64,000 nt of DNA from an uncultured Porphyromonadaceae bacterium (GTDB lineage Bacteria > Bacteroidota > Bacteroidia > Bacteroidales > UBA12481), in assembly GCA_964512915.1 (NCBI GenBank), contig CAZEKJ010000014.1, forward strand, positions 36,550 through 100,549. Direction: 5' to 3'. Under the pieces are notes generated by a model. The model was not told where the DNA came from and ran no database searches. It saw only the letters and a list, made by a program, of their open reading frames with translations. Each line of letters opens with the position of its first letter. Within the stretch, counting starts at the first letter, position 1. Shown here in pieces: positions 22,107 to 31,633 of the stretch. A program made the position numbers and the translations under genes.

Positions 22107-23441
22107 ATGTTTGAGAATCTAAGCGAAAGACTTGAAAAGTCGTTAAAACTGCTGAAAGGGCAGGGACGAATCACCGAGATTAATGTTGCTGAGACCCTTA
22201 AAGAAGTGAGGCGAGCCCTTCTTGATGCGGACGTTAACTTTAAGATAGCCAAGGACTTTACAGCAACGGTTAAGGAAAAGGCCATGGGGCAGGATGTTTT
22301 GTCTGCTGTTAAGCCCTCGCAGATGATGGTTAAAATCGTTCATGATGAGCTGGTCGACCTTATGGGAGGACAGAAATCGGATCTTAACCTGAAAGGAAAT
22401 CCAACTGTAATCCTGATTGCCGGCTTGCAGGGTTCCGGTAAAACCACATTCTCGGGCAAGCTCGGAAATTTTCTTAAAACCAAGCGGGGTCGTCAGCCCC
22501 TGCTCATAGCCGGTGACGTATATCGTCCGGCTGCCATTGAGCAGCTGAAAATCATCGGAGAGCAGGCGGGTATTCCGGTATACACGGAGGATGGCATGCT
22601 GGATCCTGTATCCATAGCCAAAAACGGGGTAAAACATGCCCGCTTGCATGGGTATGACCTGGTGATTGTGGATACCGCCGGTCGGTTGGCCGTGGATGAG
22701 GAAATGATGCGGGAAATCACCGCGATCAAGTCGGCCCTGGATCCTGAGGAGATACTCTTTGTCGTAGACTCGATGACCGGTCAGGATGCCGTCAATACCG
22801 CAAAGGAATTTAATGACCGCCTGGACTTCGACGGGGTCGTGCTCACCAAGCTTGATGGAGATACCCGCGGGGGTGCTGCCCTATCCATAAGGGCGGTGGT
22901 GAATAAACCGATCAAGTTCATCGGAACCGGTGAAAAGCTGGATGCCCTCGATATTTTCTATCCTGAGCGTATGGCCGACAGGATACTGGGCATGGGTGAT
23001 ATCGTTACCCTGGTTGAAAAAGCGCAGGAACAGTTTGATTCGGAAGAGGCAATCAGAATCCAGAGGAAACTTGCTAAGGATCAGTTCAATTTTGATGACT
23101 TCCTGAAACAGATCGAACAGGTGAAAAAAATGGGTAATATCAAGGATCTGGCCAGTATGATTCCCGGCGTAGGAAAGGCAATCAAAGACCTGGATATGGA
23201 CGAAAACTCATTTAAAAGCATTGAAGCCATAATCCATTCCATGACTGCAGCAGAGCGGGAAAACCCGGCAATGCTTAACGGGAGCCGGCGTAAAAGGATT
23301 GCAGCGGGAAGCGGAACAACTGTACAAGCTGTTAATCAGCTGCTCAAACAGTTTGATGAAACCCGTAAGATGATGAAGATGGTGGCTGCCGGAAAAAACA
23401 TGGGAAGAATGATGGGGAATTTGCCAGGTCGAAGAAATTAA
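22107..23441 (+). CDS. ffh: Signal recognition particle protein
   Basis: 'GLQGSGKTT', 'DTAGR', 'TKLDGDTRGG', M-domain 'SRRKRIAAGSG'. Confidence 0.99.
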   Translation: MFENLSERLEKSLKLLKGQGRITEINVAETLKEVRRALLDADVNFKIAKDFTATVKEKAMGQDVLSAVKPSQMMVKIVHDELVDLMGGQKSDLNLKGNPTVILIAGLQGSGKTTFSGKLGNFLKTKRGRQPLLIAGDVYRPAAIEQLKIIGEQAGIPVYTEDGMLDPVSIAKNGVKHARLHGYDLVIVDTAGRLAVDEEMMREITAIKSALDPEEILFVVDSMTGQDAVNTAKEFNDRLDFDGVVLTKLDGDTRGGAALSIRAVVNKPIKFIGTGEKLDALDIFYPERMADRILGMGDIVTLVEKAQEQFDSEEAIRIQRKLAKDQFNFDDFLKQIEQVKKMGNIKDLASMIPGVGKAIKDLDMDENSFKSIEAIIHSMTAAERENPAMLNGSRRKRIAAGSGTTVQAVNQLLKQFDETRKMMKMVAAGKNMGRMMGNLPGRRN

Positions 23442-23449
23442 AATAAGCC

Positions 23450-24328
23450 ATGATACTGATCGACGGAAAAAAGGTTGCTTCCGAAATTAAAGGTACCATC
23501 CGGGACGAGGTCACAGACCGGGTCAGTAAAGGCGGAAAGCGGCCGCATCTGGCTGCAATACTCGTCGGAAACGATGGCGGCAGCGAATCTTACGTGGCCA
23601 ATAAAGTCAAGGATTGCGAAGAAGTTGGTTTTCAGTCAACCCTGATCCGGATGGAGGCTTCTGTTACGGAGGCTGAACTGCTTGCGTCTGTGTTTGAGTT
23701 GAACCGGAATCCCTCGGTTGATGGCTTCATCGTTCAGCTTCCGCTGCCCGGTCAGATCCGGGAACACGTTGTTATCGAATCCATTGATCCTTTAAAAGAT
23801 GTAGATGGTTTCCACCCGGTAACCATTGGAAAAATGACACTGGGTCTGCCCTCATATCTTCCGGCAACTCCTGCCGGAATCCTGAAGCTTCTCGAGTATT
23901 ACAAGATACCGACCTCCGGAAAATATTGTGTCGTTATCGGAAGGAGTAATATTGTAGGAACTCCTCTGTCAATACTGCTGTCGCGCAAAGCCAATCCCGG
24001 CAACTGTACCGTAACCCTTTGCCATAGCCAAACACAAAACCTGGGGGAAATCTGCCGCCAGGCAGACATTATTGTTGCGGCACTTGGAAAGCCCGGTTTC
24101 CTTACAGGTGAAATGGTTAAAGAGGGTGCCGTGGTTATCGATGTCGGGACCACCAGGATCCCTTCCGAAACGTCCAAATCAGGCTGGAAACTTTGCGGGG
24201 ATGTGGATTTCGGTGCGGTGGCTCCTAAATGTTCTTATATTACTCCGGTTCCGGGGGGTGTCGGTCCTATGACCCGTGTGGGTCTTCTGCTGAATACCTT
24301 AAAGGCAGCGAGTGGTAAAAAGCCTTAA
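23450..24328 (+). CDS. folD: Bifunctional methylenetetrahydrofolate dehydrogenase/cyclohydrolase
   Basis: 'KDVDGFHP', 'PATPAG', 'GRSNIVG', '[12 protein letters not shown]'. Confidence 0.98.
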   Translation: MILIDGKKVASEIKGTIRDEVTDRVSKGGKRPHLAAILVGNDGGSESYVANKVKDCEEVGFQSTLIRMEASVTEAELLASVFELNRNPSVDGFIVQLPLPGQIREHVVIESIDPLKDVDGFHPVTIGKMTLGLPSYLPATPAGILKLLEYYKIPTSGKYCVVIGRSNIVGTPLSILLSRKANPGNCTVTLCHSQTQNLGEICRQADIIVAALGKPGFLTGEMVKEGAVVIDVGTTRIPSETSKSGWKLCGDVDFGAVAPKCSYITPVPGGVGPMTRVGLLLNTLKAASGKKP

Positions 24329-26264
24329 ATATCTCATTTCCATAACCGGAACGATTCTCCTTTCCGTCTGCCTGGGCCCCGGCCAGGTGATCCTTACCGA
24401 TACGTCCAGAATCCGGCTTGAAGAGATCACCATCATGGGTTCGCGCATACCGGTTAGCTCTTCAGGGTTGTCCAGAACAGTTACAGTCCTTCCGCGAGCT
24501 TTGATTTTAACCTTGCCAAACCGGGACCTTGCTGATATTCTGGAGTCCATTCCCGATATGGACATAAGGCAAAGAGGCCCGGCCGGTATTCAGGCCGATA
24601 TAAGCCTGAGGGCTGGCACCTTTGACCAGAGTGCTATCCTGCTTAACGGTCTGAATTTCAATGATCCTCAAACGGGTCATTTCAGTCTGGATTTACCGGT
24701 ACCGGTGAACCTGATCCATCAGATTGAGGTTTTACCCGGTTCCGACGCAAAATCAATGGGAGCAGGTGCCCTGGCTGGTTCCGTTAACATACGGACCGCA
24801 AGACCTGAGAAATCCGGATTTCATGCTTCCTTGACCGGCGGCCGCTGGGGCTATGCAGAAGCGGCTGCTGATCAAAAGCTGGTTATCGGTAATTTCTGGC
24901 TGCAGGCTGGAATCCAGGGGCAACGATCTGCCGGGTACATCGACAATACCGATTTTAAGAAACTCAATGGATTCTTTCAGGCAGGCTTTCAAAAAGACCG
25001 GTATTCGATAAACCTGATTGCCGGAGCTCTTTCAAAAGACTTTGGGGCCAACAGCTTTTATACGCCAAAATATCCAAACCAATACGAGAGCACCGGAACC
25101 GGAATTGCTGCGCTGACCATGGCGGTGACCGGCAAGGTAAACATCAGCCAATCTTTTTATTACCGGGCGCATACGGATGTTTTTCACCTGTTCCGCTCAA
25201 ACCCGCCAGCCTGGTATACCACTCCGAACTATCACCTTACTGGAATAGCCGGGAGCAAAACGGATCTATGGTTTTCCTCTTATCTGGGTAAAACCGGTTT
25301 AGGTGCGGAATTCCGGCAGGAATCCATCTGGAGCACTGTTCTTGGTGAAATCTCAGCATCACCACGACCGGTTCAATCTACAGATTCAGTTGTATATACC
25401 CACCAAGGAAAGCGATTCCATTCCTCACTGGCACTGGAGCATCACTTCATGACCGGACCCGTCAGTTGGACCGGGAGTCTTGTTCTGCACCAGGTGAAGG
25501 GTTTTCGAAGTTATCTGAATCTGTTTCCCGGATTGGATATTGGCTTGCCGGTAACCTCCTGGCTTCGGATATTTTCCACGCTCAACCGGGGATTCCGGTT
25601 GCCCACCTTTACGGAGCTTTATTACAAATCTCCCACAAACAATGGCAATCCGGCCTTGCTACCTGAATCGGCCTGGCATTCAGAGGCAGGAGCGAAAATC
25701 AATGCAGGAGTTTTTCAAGGCCAGATAGCAGGATTCTACCGATATGCACCGCAGTCCATCGACTGGGTGCGCCTTCCCTCTGAAACCATCTGGCATACCG
25801 AAAACCTCGCCAACATGAGCACCTATGGTTTTGAGGGGACCCTTAGTGTGATACCCAAATCATTGATTAGCAGGAATTTTTCACTTGTACGAATGGATAT
25901 CGGCTATCGCCATTATTTCCAATACCACTCATCCGACCTCTATTTTTCGCAATACCTGCTCGACTATCTCAGATGGAAACTGACAGCCGGAATCAGACTG
26001 AACTTTTATAAAAACTTTGGCTTATCCATTCAGGCAGTTGCCCAGGATAGGGCAGGGAGCTATACCTCCTTTGAACAATCCGGCGAAATGGTGGAAAAGG
26101 AGTATAAACCTTTCTGGTTAATGGACGCAAAGCTGACCTGGCAGGTAAACAGGATTCTCATTTTTGCAGAGTGCAGCAACCTGTTCAATGCTGATTATTA
26201 CGACTTTGGAAATATCGAACAACCAGGTGCATGGCTGCGACTGGGCATTGAATTCGGGCTTTGA
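24312..26264 (+). CDS. TonB-dependent receptor (BtuB-like size and plug); substrate unknown
   Basis: '[34 protein letters not shown]', '[11 protein letters not shown]', terminal 'LGIEFGL'. GTG start overlaps the folD end. Confidence 0.85.
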   Translation: MVKSLKYLISITGTILLSVCLGPGQVILTDTSRIRLEEITIMGSRIPVSSSGLSRTVTVLPRALILTLPNRDLADILESIPDMDIRQRGPAGIQADISLRAGTFDQSAILLNGLNFNDPQTGHFSLDLPVPVNLIHQIEVLPGSDAKSMGAGALAGSVNIRTARPEKSGFHASLTGGRWGYAEAAADQKLVIGNFWLQAGIQGQRSAGYIDNTDFKKLNGFFQAGFQKDRYSINLIAGALSKDFGANSFYTPKYPNQYESTGTGIAALTMAVTGKVNISQSFYYRAHTDVFHLFRSNPPAWYTTPNYHLTGIAGSKTDLWFSSYLGKTGLGAEFRQESIWSTVLGEISASPRPVQSTDSVVYTHQGKRFHSSLALEHHFMTGPVSWTGSLVLHQVKGFRSYLNLFPGLDIGLPVTSWLRIFSTLNRGFRLPTFTELYYKSPTNNGNPALLPESAWHSEAGAKINAGVFQGQIAGFYRYAPQSIDWVRLPSETIWHTENLANMSTYGFEGTLSVIPKSLISRNFSLVRMDIGYRHYFQYHSSDLYFSQYLLDYLRWKLTAGIRLNFYKNFGLSIQAVAQDRAGSYTSFEQSGEMVEKEYKPFWLMDAKLTWQVNRILIFAECSNLFNADYYDFGNIEQPGAWLRLGIEFGL

Positions 26265-26330
26265 GGCCAAACCGGTTTCAGGTAGTTTTTGCCCCGGGAT
26301 TTTTGTATTTTTAGGCCAAAACGAAGCCTG

Positions 26331-28028
26331 ATGACCATTCGAAAGAACCCTTCACTATTAGTTATTGCCGCAGTTTTCTTATCCTCCTGCTCCGGTCCGG
26401 TTAATGAGCCTCATACGACGGGTGCCATCGGCAGCAAAGGCATGGTGGTAACCGCCCATCCGGAGGCATCCGTAATCGGGCTTTCAATCCTCCAACAGGG
26501 AGGCAATGCCATGGACGCAGCCTGTGCAGTGGAATTTGCACTTTCAGTCTGCTATCCAGCTGCCGGTAACATAGCGGGTGGGGGATTCTGGGTGGTTTAT
26601 ACATCCGGAAAACGTGTTCATACCCTGGATTATCGCGAAAAAGCTCCTTCGGGTGCTCACAAGGACATGTTCCTTGATCAGGAAGGTGAAGTTATTAAGG
26701 GCAGGAGTACACAAACCCTGCTTGCTTCCGGTGTGCCGGGAACTGTGGCAGGGATGGTCAAGGCGCATGAAAAGTTCGGTTCTCTTCCCTGGCCGGAAAT
26801 AGTGCAGCCGGCCATTGACATGGCTAGCAAAGGATTTGCCATTACCACAAACCAGGCAGCTGATTTTAATTCCATCCAGCAATCCCTGATAGAAAGAAAT
26901 ACCTGGAATGTGCCGCTTGTAAAAGATTCGGCCTGGAAACCTGGCGATTTGCTGGTACAACCGGAACTGGCCGCTACACTTGAGAGTATCCGTGACCAGA
27001 AGCGGGATGGTTTCTATACCGGCCCGACCGCTGATCTTATCGTTGCGCAGATGGAAGAATCCGGGGGTATTGTTACACACAAGGATCTCGCTGATTATGA
27101 TGCAGTCTGGCGCGAACCGATCAAGGGTGAATACAAGGAATACACATTCTACTCCATGGCCCCCCCTTCCAGCGGTGGTGTTGCGTTAAAGCAGCTGCTC
27201 GGACTGACAGCGATGAAAGGAATGACCGAATCTGGCCATAATACGGCGCAAACCGTTCATCTGATGGCTGAAGCTGAAAAAATTGTTTATGCCGACCGTG
27301 CTGAGTATCTTGGTGATCCTGGTTTTACCAGTGTCCCCATTGAACAGATCACCAGCTTTTCCTATCTGCAAAAAAGGGCCTTCGAAATCAGCCCCGACAA
27401 GGCCAATCCGTCAGACTCAGTTAAAGCCGGGCCCGTGCCGAAAGAAAGTGAGGAAACCACCCATTATTCTGTTACAGACCAGTGGGGGAATGCGGTTTCT
27501 GCCACAACCACATTAAACGGGGGCTATGGTAACCGGATCATGGTAAAGGGAGCAGGCTTCCTGATGAACAATCAAATGGATGACTTCAGCGTTAAGCCGG
27601 GATATCCGAATCTTTATGGCCTGCTGGGTTCGGAGGCCAATTCGATTCAACCGGGCAAAAGGATGCTGAGCTCCATGACTCCAACTATCCTTACAAAAGA
27701 TAATGAACTGTTTATGGTTGTCGGCACCCCGGGAGGATCCACCATCATAACTTCGGTCTATCAGACGATCTTAAACGTTACCGACTTTGGCATGACCATG
27801 CAGGAGGCAGTTTCCGCAAAACGCTTTCATCATCAATGGTTGCCGGATGTTATTCAGTATGAGCCTGATGCATTTGATTCAATAACGGTAAAACGCCTTG
27901 AGTCACTTGGGCAGCATCTAAAACAGGTGGGCAAAATCGGACGTGTGGATGCGATACTCGTGCGACCCGATAAAAAATTTGAAGGAGGAGCAGATCCTCG
28001 TGGAGATGATTCCGCAAAAGGCTTCTGA
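26331..28028 (+). CDS. ggt: Gamma-glutamyltransferase (lipoprotein)
   Basis: 'GGNAMDAA', 'DYREKAP', nucleophile 'EETTHYS', 'NNQMDDF', 'GKRMLSSMTP', 'GTPGGSTI'; lipobox 'FLSSC'. Confidence 0.96.
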   Translation: MTIRKNPSLLVIAAVFLSSCSGPVNEPHTTGAIGSKGMVVTAHPEASVIGLSILQQGGNAMDAACAVEFALSVCYPAAGNIAGGGFWVVYTSGKRVHTLDYREKAPSGAHKDMFLDQEGEVIKGRSTQTLLASGVPGTVAGMVKAHEKFGSLPWPEIVQPAIDMASKGFAITTNQAADFNSIQQSLIERNTWNVPLVKDSAWKPGDLLVQPELAATLESIRDQKRDGFYTGPTADLIVAQMEESGGIVTHKDLADYDAVWREPIKGEYKEYTFYSMAPPSSGGVALKQLLGLTAMKGMTESGHNTAQTVHLMAEAEKIVYADRAEYLGDPGFTSVPIEQITSFSYLQKRAFEISPDKANPSDSVKAGPVPKESEETTHYSVTDQWGNAVSATTTLNGGYGNRIMVKGAGFLMNNQMDDFSVKPGYPNLYGLLGSEANSIQPGKRMLSSMTPTILTKDNELFMVVGTPGGSTIITSVYQTILNVTDFGMTMQEAVSAKRFHHQWLPDVIQYEPDAFDSITVKRLESLGQHLKQVGKIGRVDAILVRPDKKFEGGADPRGDDSAKGF

Positions 28029-29202
28029 AATATCTGACCTGTTTGTCAGCGCAGTCTCGGCTCCCGGCACTGAGCACGGAATCGTTGAAGAGGTAAGGGA
28101 TAACTTGATAAACCTTCTTCCAGGAATTTCTTGTGTTTGGTCTGATCATACCCCTGAAGCCATCCTTTTCATTACCGGCGGATCTGAAAAGGCAGCCCTT
28201 CAGCGAATTGACAAGCGACAGAATATCCTTCTGCTGGCCTATCCCGAAAGGAATGCCTATGCGGCTGCCTGCGAGGTAAAATCATACCTCGACCGGACAG
28301 GATGTGTTTCCCATTTGTTCAACCTTGGAAGCCAGGACGATCGGGCCGCACTTGAGCAAATGATTCATATCCGTGTGTCTGTCAAACAGTTTTCCCAGTC
28401 TCGGATTGGTATCATCGGTGCTGAATCGGAATGGCTGGTAAACTCCATGCCTGATACCGTCAATATCAGGGCAAGATTCGGATTCCGGCTGATCAGGATT
28501 CCGTGGAGCATGCTTGATGACGTAACCAGCTGGCCGGTCTCGCCCGATTTTCTTGACTTTTTTGAATCCTATAGGTCGGTTCAGTTTGAGGATCACAGCA
28601 GGGTTTATGGAAAGATTCTACAGGTTATCGATGAAAACCAACTGGATGCAGTAACCGTCGAATGCTTCCCACTGGTAAAAAACCAGGGAATAACTGCTTG
28701 TCCGGCCCTCGCCTTGTTAAATAATCAGGGCATTCCTGCGGGATGTGAGGGGGATCTTGTCAGCCTTACAGGCATGCTCCTTTTACATTGCGTAACCGGT
28801 CAGATTCCCTGGATGGCAAACCTGGCTGGAATCCGTGACGGAAAAGCCTGGTTATCGCATTGCACAGTTCCGTTTAGCATGGTCAAAGGATATTCGATCA
28901 CCACCCATTATGAAACCGGGAAGGGGATTGCTGTCCATGGCAGCTTCCCTCCGGGGGCATACACCCTCATGCGGCTCAGCGTGGATTTCCTTACAGCTTT
29001 TGTTGCAGAAGGGGAATGGTGCGATGAACTTTATGAAGCCGAGGCTTGCCGTACACAGATGGTACTGAAGCTAGGTCCCGCCGACTATGCTGAATTGAAG
29101 TCACATCCGCTTGGGAACCATCATCTTATCCTCCCCGGAAAGCTTAGAAACACCATCACCACTGCACTGGCATTTCTTAATATTTCTTTAAGATCATTTT
29201 AA
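28006..29202 (+). CDS. L-fucose/L-arabinose isomerase-related protein
   Basis: 'CFPLV...ACPALALLN..GIPAGCEGDL', 'HCTVP', 'THYETG', 'CRTQ', 'GNHH'. ATG at 28006 overlaps the ggt end. Confidence 0.7.
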   Translation: MIPQKASEISDLFVSAVSAPGTEHGIVEEVRDNLINLLPGISCVWSDHTPEAILFITGGSEKAALQRIDKRQNILLLAYPERNAYAAACEVKSYLDRTGCVSHLFNLGSQDDRAALEQMIHIRVSVKQFSQSRIGIIGAESEWLVNSMPDTVNIRARFGFRLIRIPWSMLDDVTSWPVSPDFLDFFESYRSVQFEDHSRVYGKILQVIDENQLDAVTVECFPLVKNQGITACPALALLNNQGIPAGCEGDLVSLTGMLLLHCVTGQIPWMANLAGIRDGKAWLSHCTVPFSMVKGYSITTHYETGKGIAVHGSFPPGAYTLMRLSVDFLTAFVAEGEWCDELYEAEACRTQMVLKLGPADYAELKSHPLGNHHLILPGKLRNTITTALAFLNISLRSF

Positions 29203-29203
29203 C

Positions 29204-30490
29204 ATGAAGAGGAACAGACAGTTATCGACTATCCTTTCTTTCCTGTGTCTTTCCTTCCTTCCAGTCCTCAGTCAGGATCCTGCAAACCCCCTGCGCAACC
29301 TGTCGGATCAGTTAGCCAATAAAGATTTCAGATCGGCGATTTCCATTGCCGACAGCCTGATTTCCAGCGGTACTCAGGATTATAAGGCATTCTACCTTGC
29401 CGGACTGGCCTACGGCAGCCTCATGAAGTTTGATCAGGCCCGGTTGTTGCTTTTGAAGGCTGATAGCCTTAATCCAAACCAGAAGCCGGTATTATCCAAT
29501 CTCTCTGACTGCTGCTATGAATTAGCCAAATTATCAGAAGCAGAGAAGATTACGTCCAGCCTGATTTCACTTGATTCAACAGATCCGGCAGGATGGCTCC
29601 AACTTGCAAGGATTTACGTGAGACAGGGGAAACAGATGCAGGCTATTCAGATTTACCGAAGTTTGTGGCAATCAGACTCTATGAATCTATGGTTCCCCAG
29701 GCAAATCGGAAATCTTCTGATACGAAACGACAGGTACCAGGAGGCCGTTCCGGTTCTTGAACTGGTAGTTGAATCAGACAGTTCTGATATTGAGACCTAT
29801 GTACGCTTAGGCCTGGGCTATCTGAAACTGGGACTTGTCGATAAAACGCCGGTCCTTGACAAAGCCATCAGGCAGGACTCCATGGTGCCGCTTCTATACC
29901 AGTACAGGGGTGGTCTTCATCTTACCTCCGGAGTATCTTCCCTGGCCGAAGCGGATTTCCAGAAAGCTGTGAATCTGGGTGATTCATCGGCATTTACCTT
30001 GCGCCACCTCGGAATCAGCCAGTTTCAACAATCCAAATATGACCAGGCACTCAATGCCTTTGCGGCTACCGTAAAGCTGGATTCTACCGATGTACAGGCA
30101 TGGTATTACCTTGGGTTCTGTTACAAGTGGAATCAGGATCTGGCCAAAGCCATTGAATACCTTCAGCTGGCAGTAAAAATTGCCATTCCACCTTTCACGG
30201 CCGGAATATTCTCAGGGCTGGGGCAGTTCTATTCCCTTAACCGTGATTTCAAAACGGCGACGGAATATTATGAAAAGGCTCTTGAATTTAATCCTGCGGA
30301 CCCCGTGCCCTATGCTCAGATCGGTCTTCTTATTGAGGAATCCTTCGGAGACCGGGCTAAGGCAAAAGAGTATTATGAGCGTTTTATCAAGGAATATAAA
30401 GGAATGGACCGTAATCTGGTCAGGTATGTGAACGGACGAATTACAGCGATAAATGAGCGCCTGTTTATGGAAGGTAAATTAAAGAAATAA
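29204..30490 (+). CDS. Exported tetratricopeptide-repeat protein
   Basis: Signal peptide followed by multiple TPR-like helical repeats, e.g. 'AWYYLGFCY...AKAIEYLQLAV' and 'ATEYYEKALEFNP'. Confidence 0.85.
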   Translation: MKRNRQLSTILSFLCLSFLPVLSQDPANPLRNLSDQLANKDFRSAISIADSLISSGTQDYKAFYLAGLAYGSLMKFDQARLLLLKADSLNPNQKPVLSNLSDCCYELAKLSEAEKITSSLISLDSTDPAGWLQLARIYVRQGKQMQAIQIYRSLWQSDSMNLWFPRQIGNLLIRNDRYQEAVPVLELVVESDSSDIETYVRLGLGYLKLGLVDKTPVLDKAIRQDSMVPLLYQYRGGLHLTSGVSSLAEADFQKAVNLGDSSAFTLRHLGISQFQQSKYDQALNAFAATVKLDSTDVQAWYYLGFCYKWNQDLAKAIEYLQLAVKIAIPPFTAGIFSGLGQFYSLNRDFKTATEYYEKALEFNPADPVPYAQIGLLIEESFGDRAKAKEYYERFIKEYKGMDRNLVRYVNGRITAINERLFMEGKLKK

Positions 30491-30509
30491 CGATAATCTC
30501 AGAACATCC

Positions 30510-31064
30510 ATGTTAAGGGCTATTGCAAAGTTGTATTTTAAAGTTTTCGGATGGACCATATTAGGGGCTAAACCAAAACATAATAAATTCATTGTCATTG
30601 TGTTGCCTCATACCAGCAAGTTTGATTTTTTTCTGGGTAAATGTTTTGGCCTCTATTTTGGAATCCATTCCAAAGTGCTGATCAAGAAGGAAGCATTCGT
30701 GTTTCCTATTAAATTTATAATGAAGGCATTAGGCGGCATACCTGTTGATCGCTCCTCAAACAGTCGCCTGGCCGGGCAATTAGTCGAATATTTTAACAGC
30801 AGTAAGGAATTTGGCCTCACCTTAACCCCTGAGGGTACCCGAAAAAAAGTTAAAAGGTTGAAAAGAGGTTTTTATTACATTGCACAGGCAACCGGGGTGC
30901 CGGTTTTCATGGGTTTTATCGATTTTAAGACAAAAAGACTGGGAATCGGCCCTGAATTTCTGATCACCGGTAATTTCGACCAGGATGTGGTTCAAATCCG
31001 GGATTTCTACAAAGGAATGGAAGGACTCTACAAAGGCAGGTTTGATTCATCTTTGTTAAAATAG
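30510..31064 (+). CDS. PlsC-family acyltransferase (paralog 1)
   Basis: HxxxxD in 'PHTSKFD'; 'GGIPVDR'; 'LTPEGTR'. Confidence 0.88.
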   Translation: MLRAIAKLYFKVFGWTILGAKPKHNKFIVIVLPHTSKFDFFLGKCFGLYFGIHSKVLIKKEAFVFPIKFIMKALGGIPVDRSSNSRLAGQLVEYFNSSKEFGLTLTPEGTRKKVKRLKRGFYYIAQATGVPVFMGFIDFKTKRLGIGPEFLITGNFDQDVVQIRDFYKGMEGLYKGRFDSSLLK

Positions 31065-31065
31065 T

Positions 31066-31629
31066 ATGAGACAGCGGTATTTTCAGCGCATTCTTTCAAA
31101 AATACTGCTCGGCATAACCGGGTGGCGGCTGGAAGGTAACATACCGGACCTGCGAAAATGCGTGATCATAGGTGCACCTCATACCAGCAATTGGGATTTC
31201 TTTTTCGGAATGATCTACAAGCTTAATTACGGCCTGAACATACATTTCCTCATGAAAAAGGAGCTCTTCCGTTTTCCTTTCAAAAGGATGCTAACAAGGA
31301 TGGGGGGGATTCCCGTTGACCGGGAGAAGCACGGGCAGCTTGTAAAGCGGCTTGGAGAACGGATCCGTAATGCCGACAGGTTTTTCCTGGCCATTGCGCC
31401 TGAAGGAACCCGGAAGGCGGTTAAAATCTGGAAAAGAGGATTTTACCATATAGCAAAGGCTGCAGAAGTTCCCATTATTCTGGGGTATATGGACTATCAC
31501 CGCAAAGTGGTTGGGGTGGGACCGGTATTTTATCCGGGATCGGACATTAACTCCGATATGAACGCCATTGCTGATTTCTATTCTTCGATAACAGCCAAAT
31601 ATCCGGATCAGTTCCTTTTACCGGTTTAA
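31066..31629 (+). CDS. PlsC-family acyltransferase (paralog 2)
   Basis: 'APHTSNWDF', 'GGIPVDR', 'IAPEGTR', 'GFYHIA'. Confidence 0.9.
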   Translation: MRQRYFQRILSKILLGITGWRLEGNIPDLRKCVIIGAPHTSNWDFFFGMIYKLNYGLNIHFLMKKELFRFPFKRMLTRMGGIPVDREKHGQLVKRLGERIRNADRFFLAIAPEGTRKAVKIWKRGFYHIAKAAEVPIILGYMDYHRKVVGVGPVFYPGSDINSDMNAIADFYSSITAKYPDQFLLPV

Positions 31630-31633
31630 GCCG

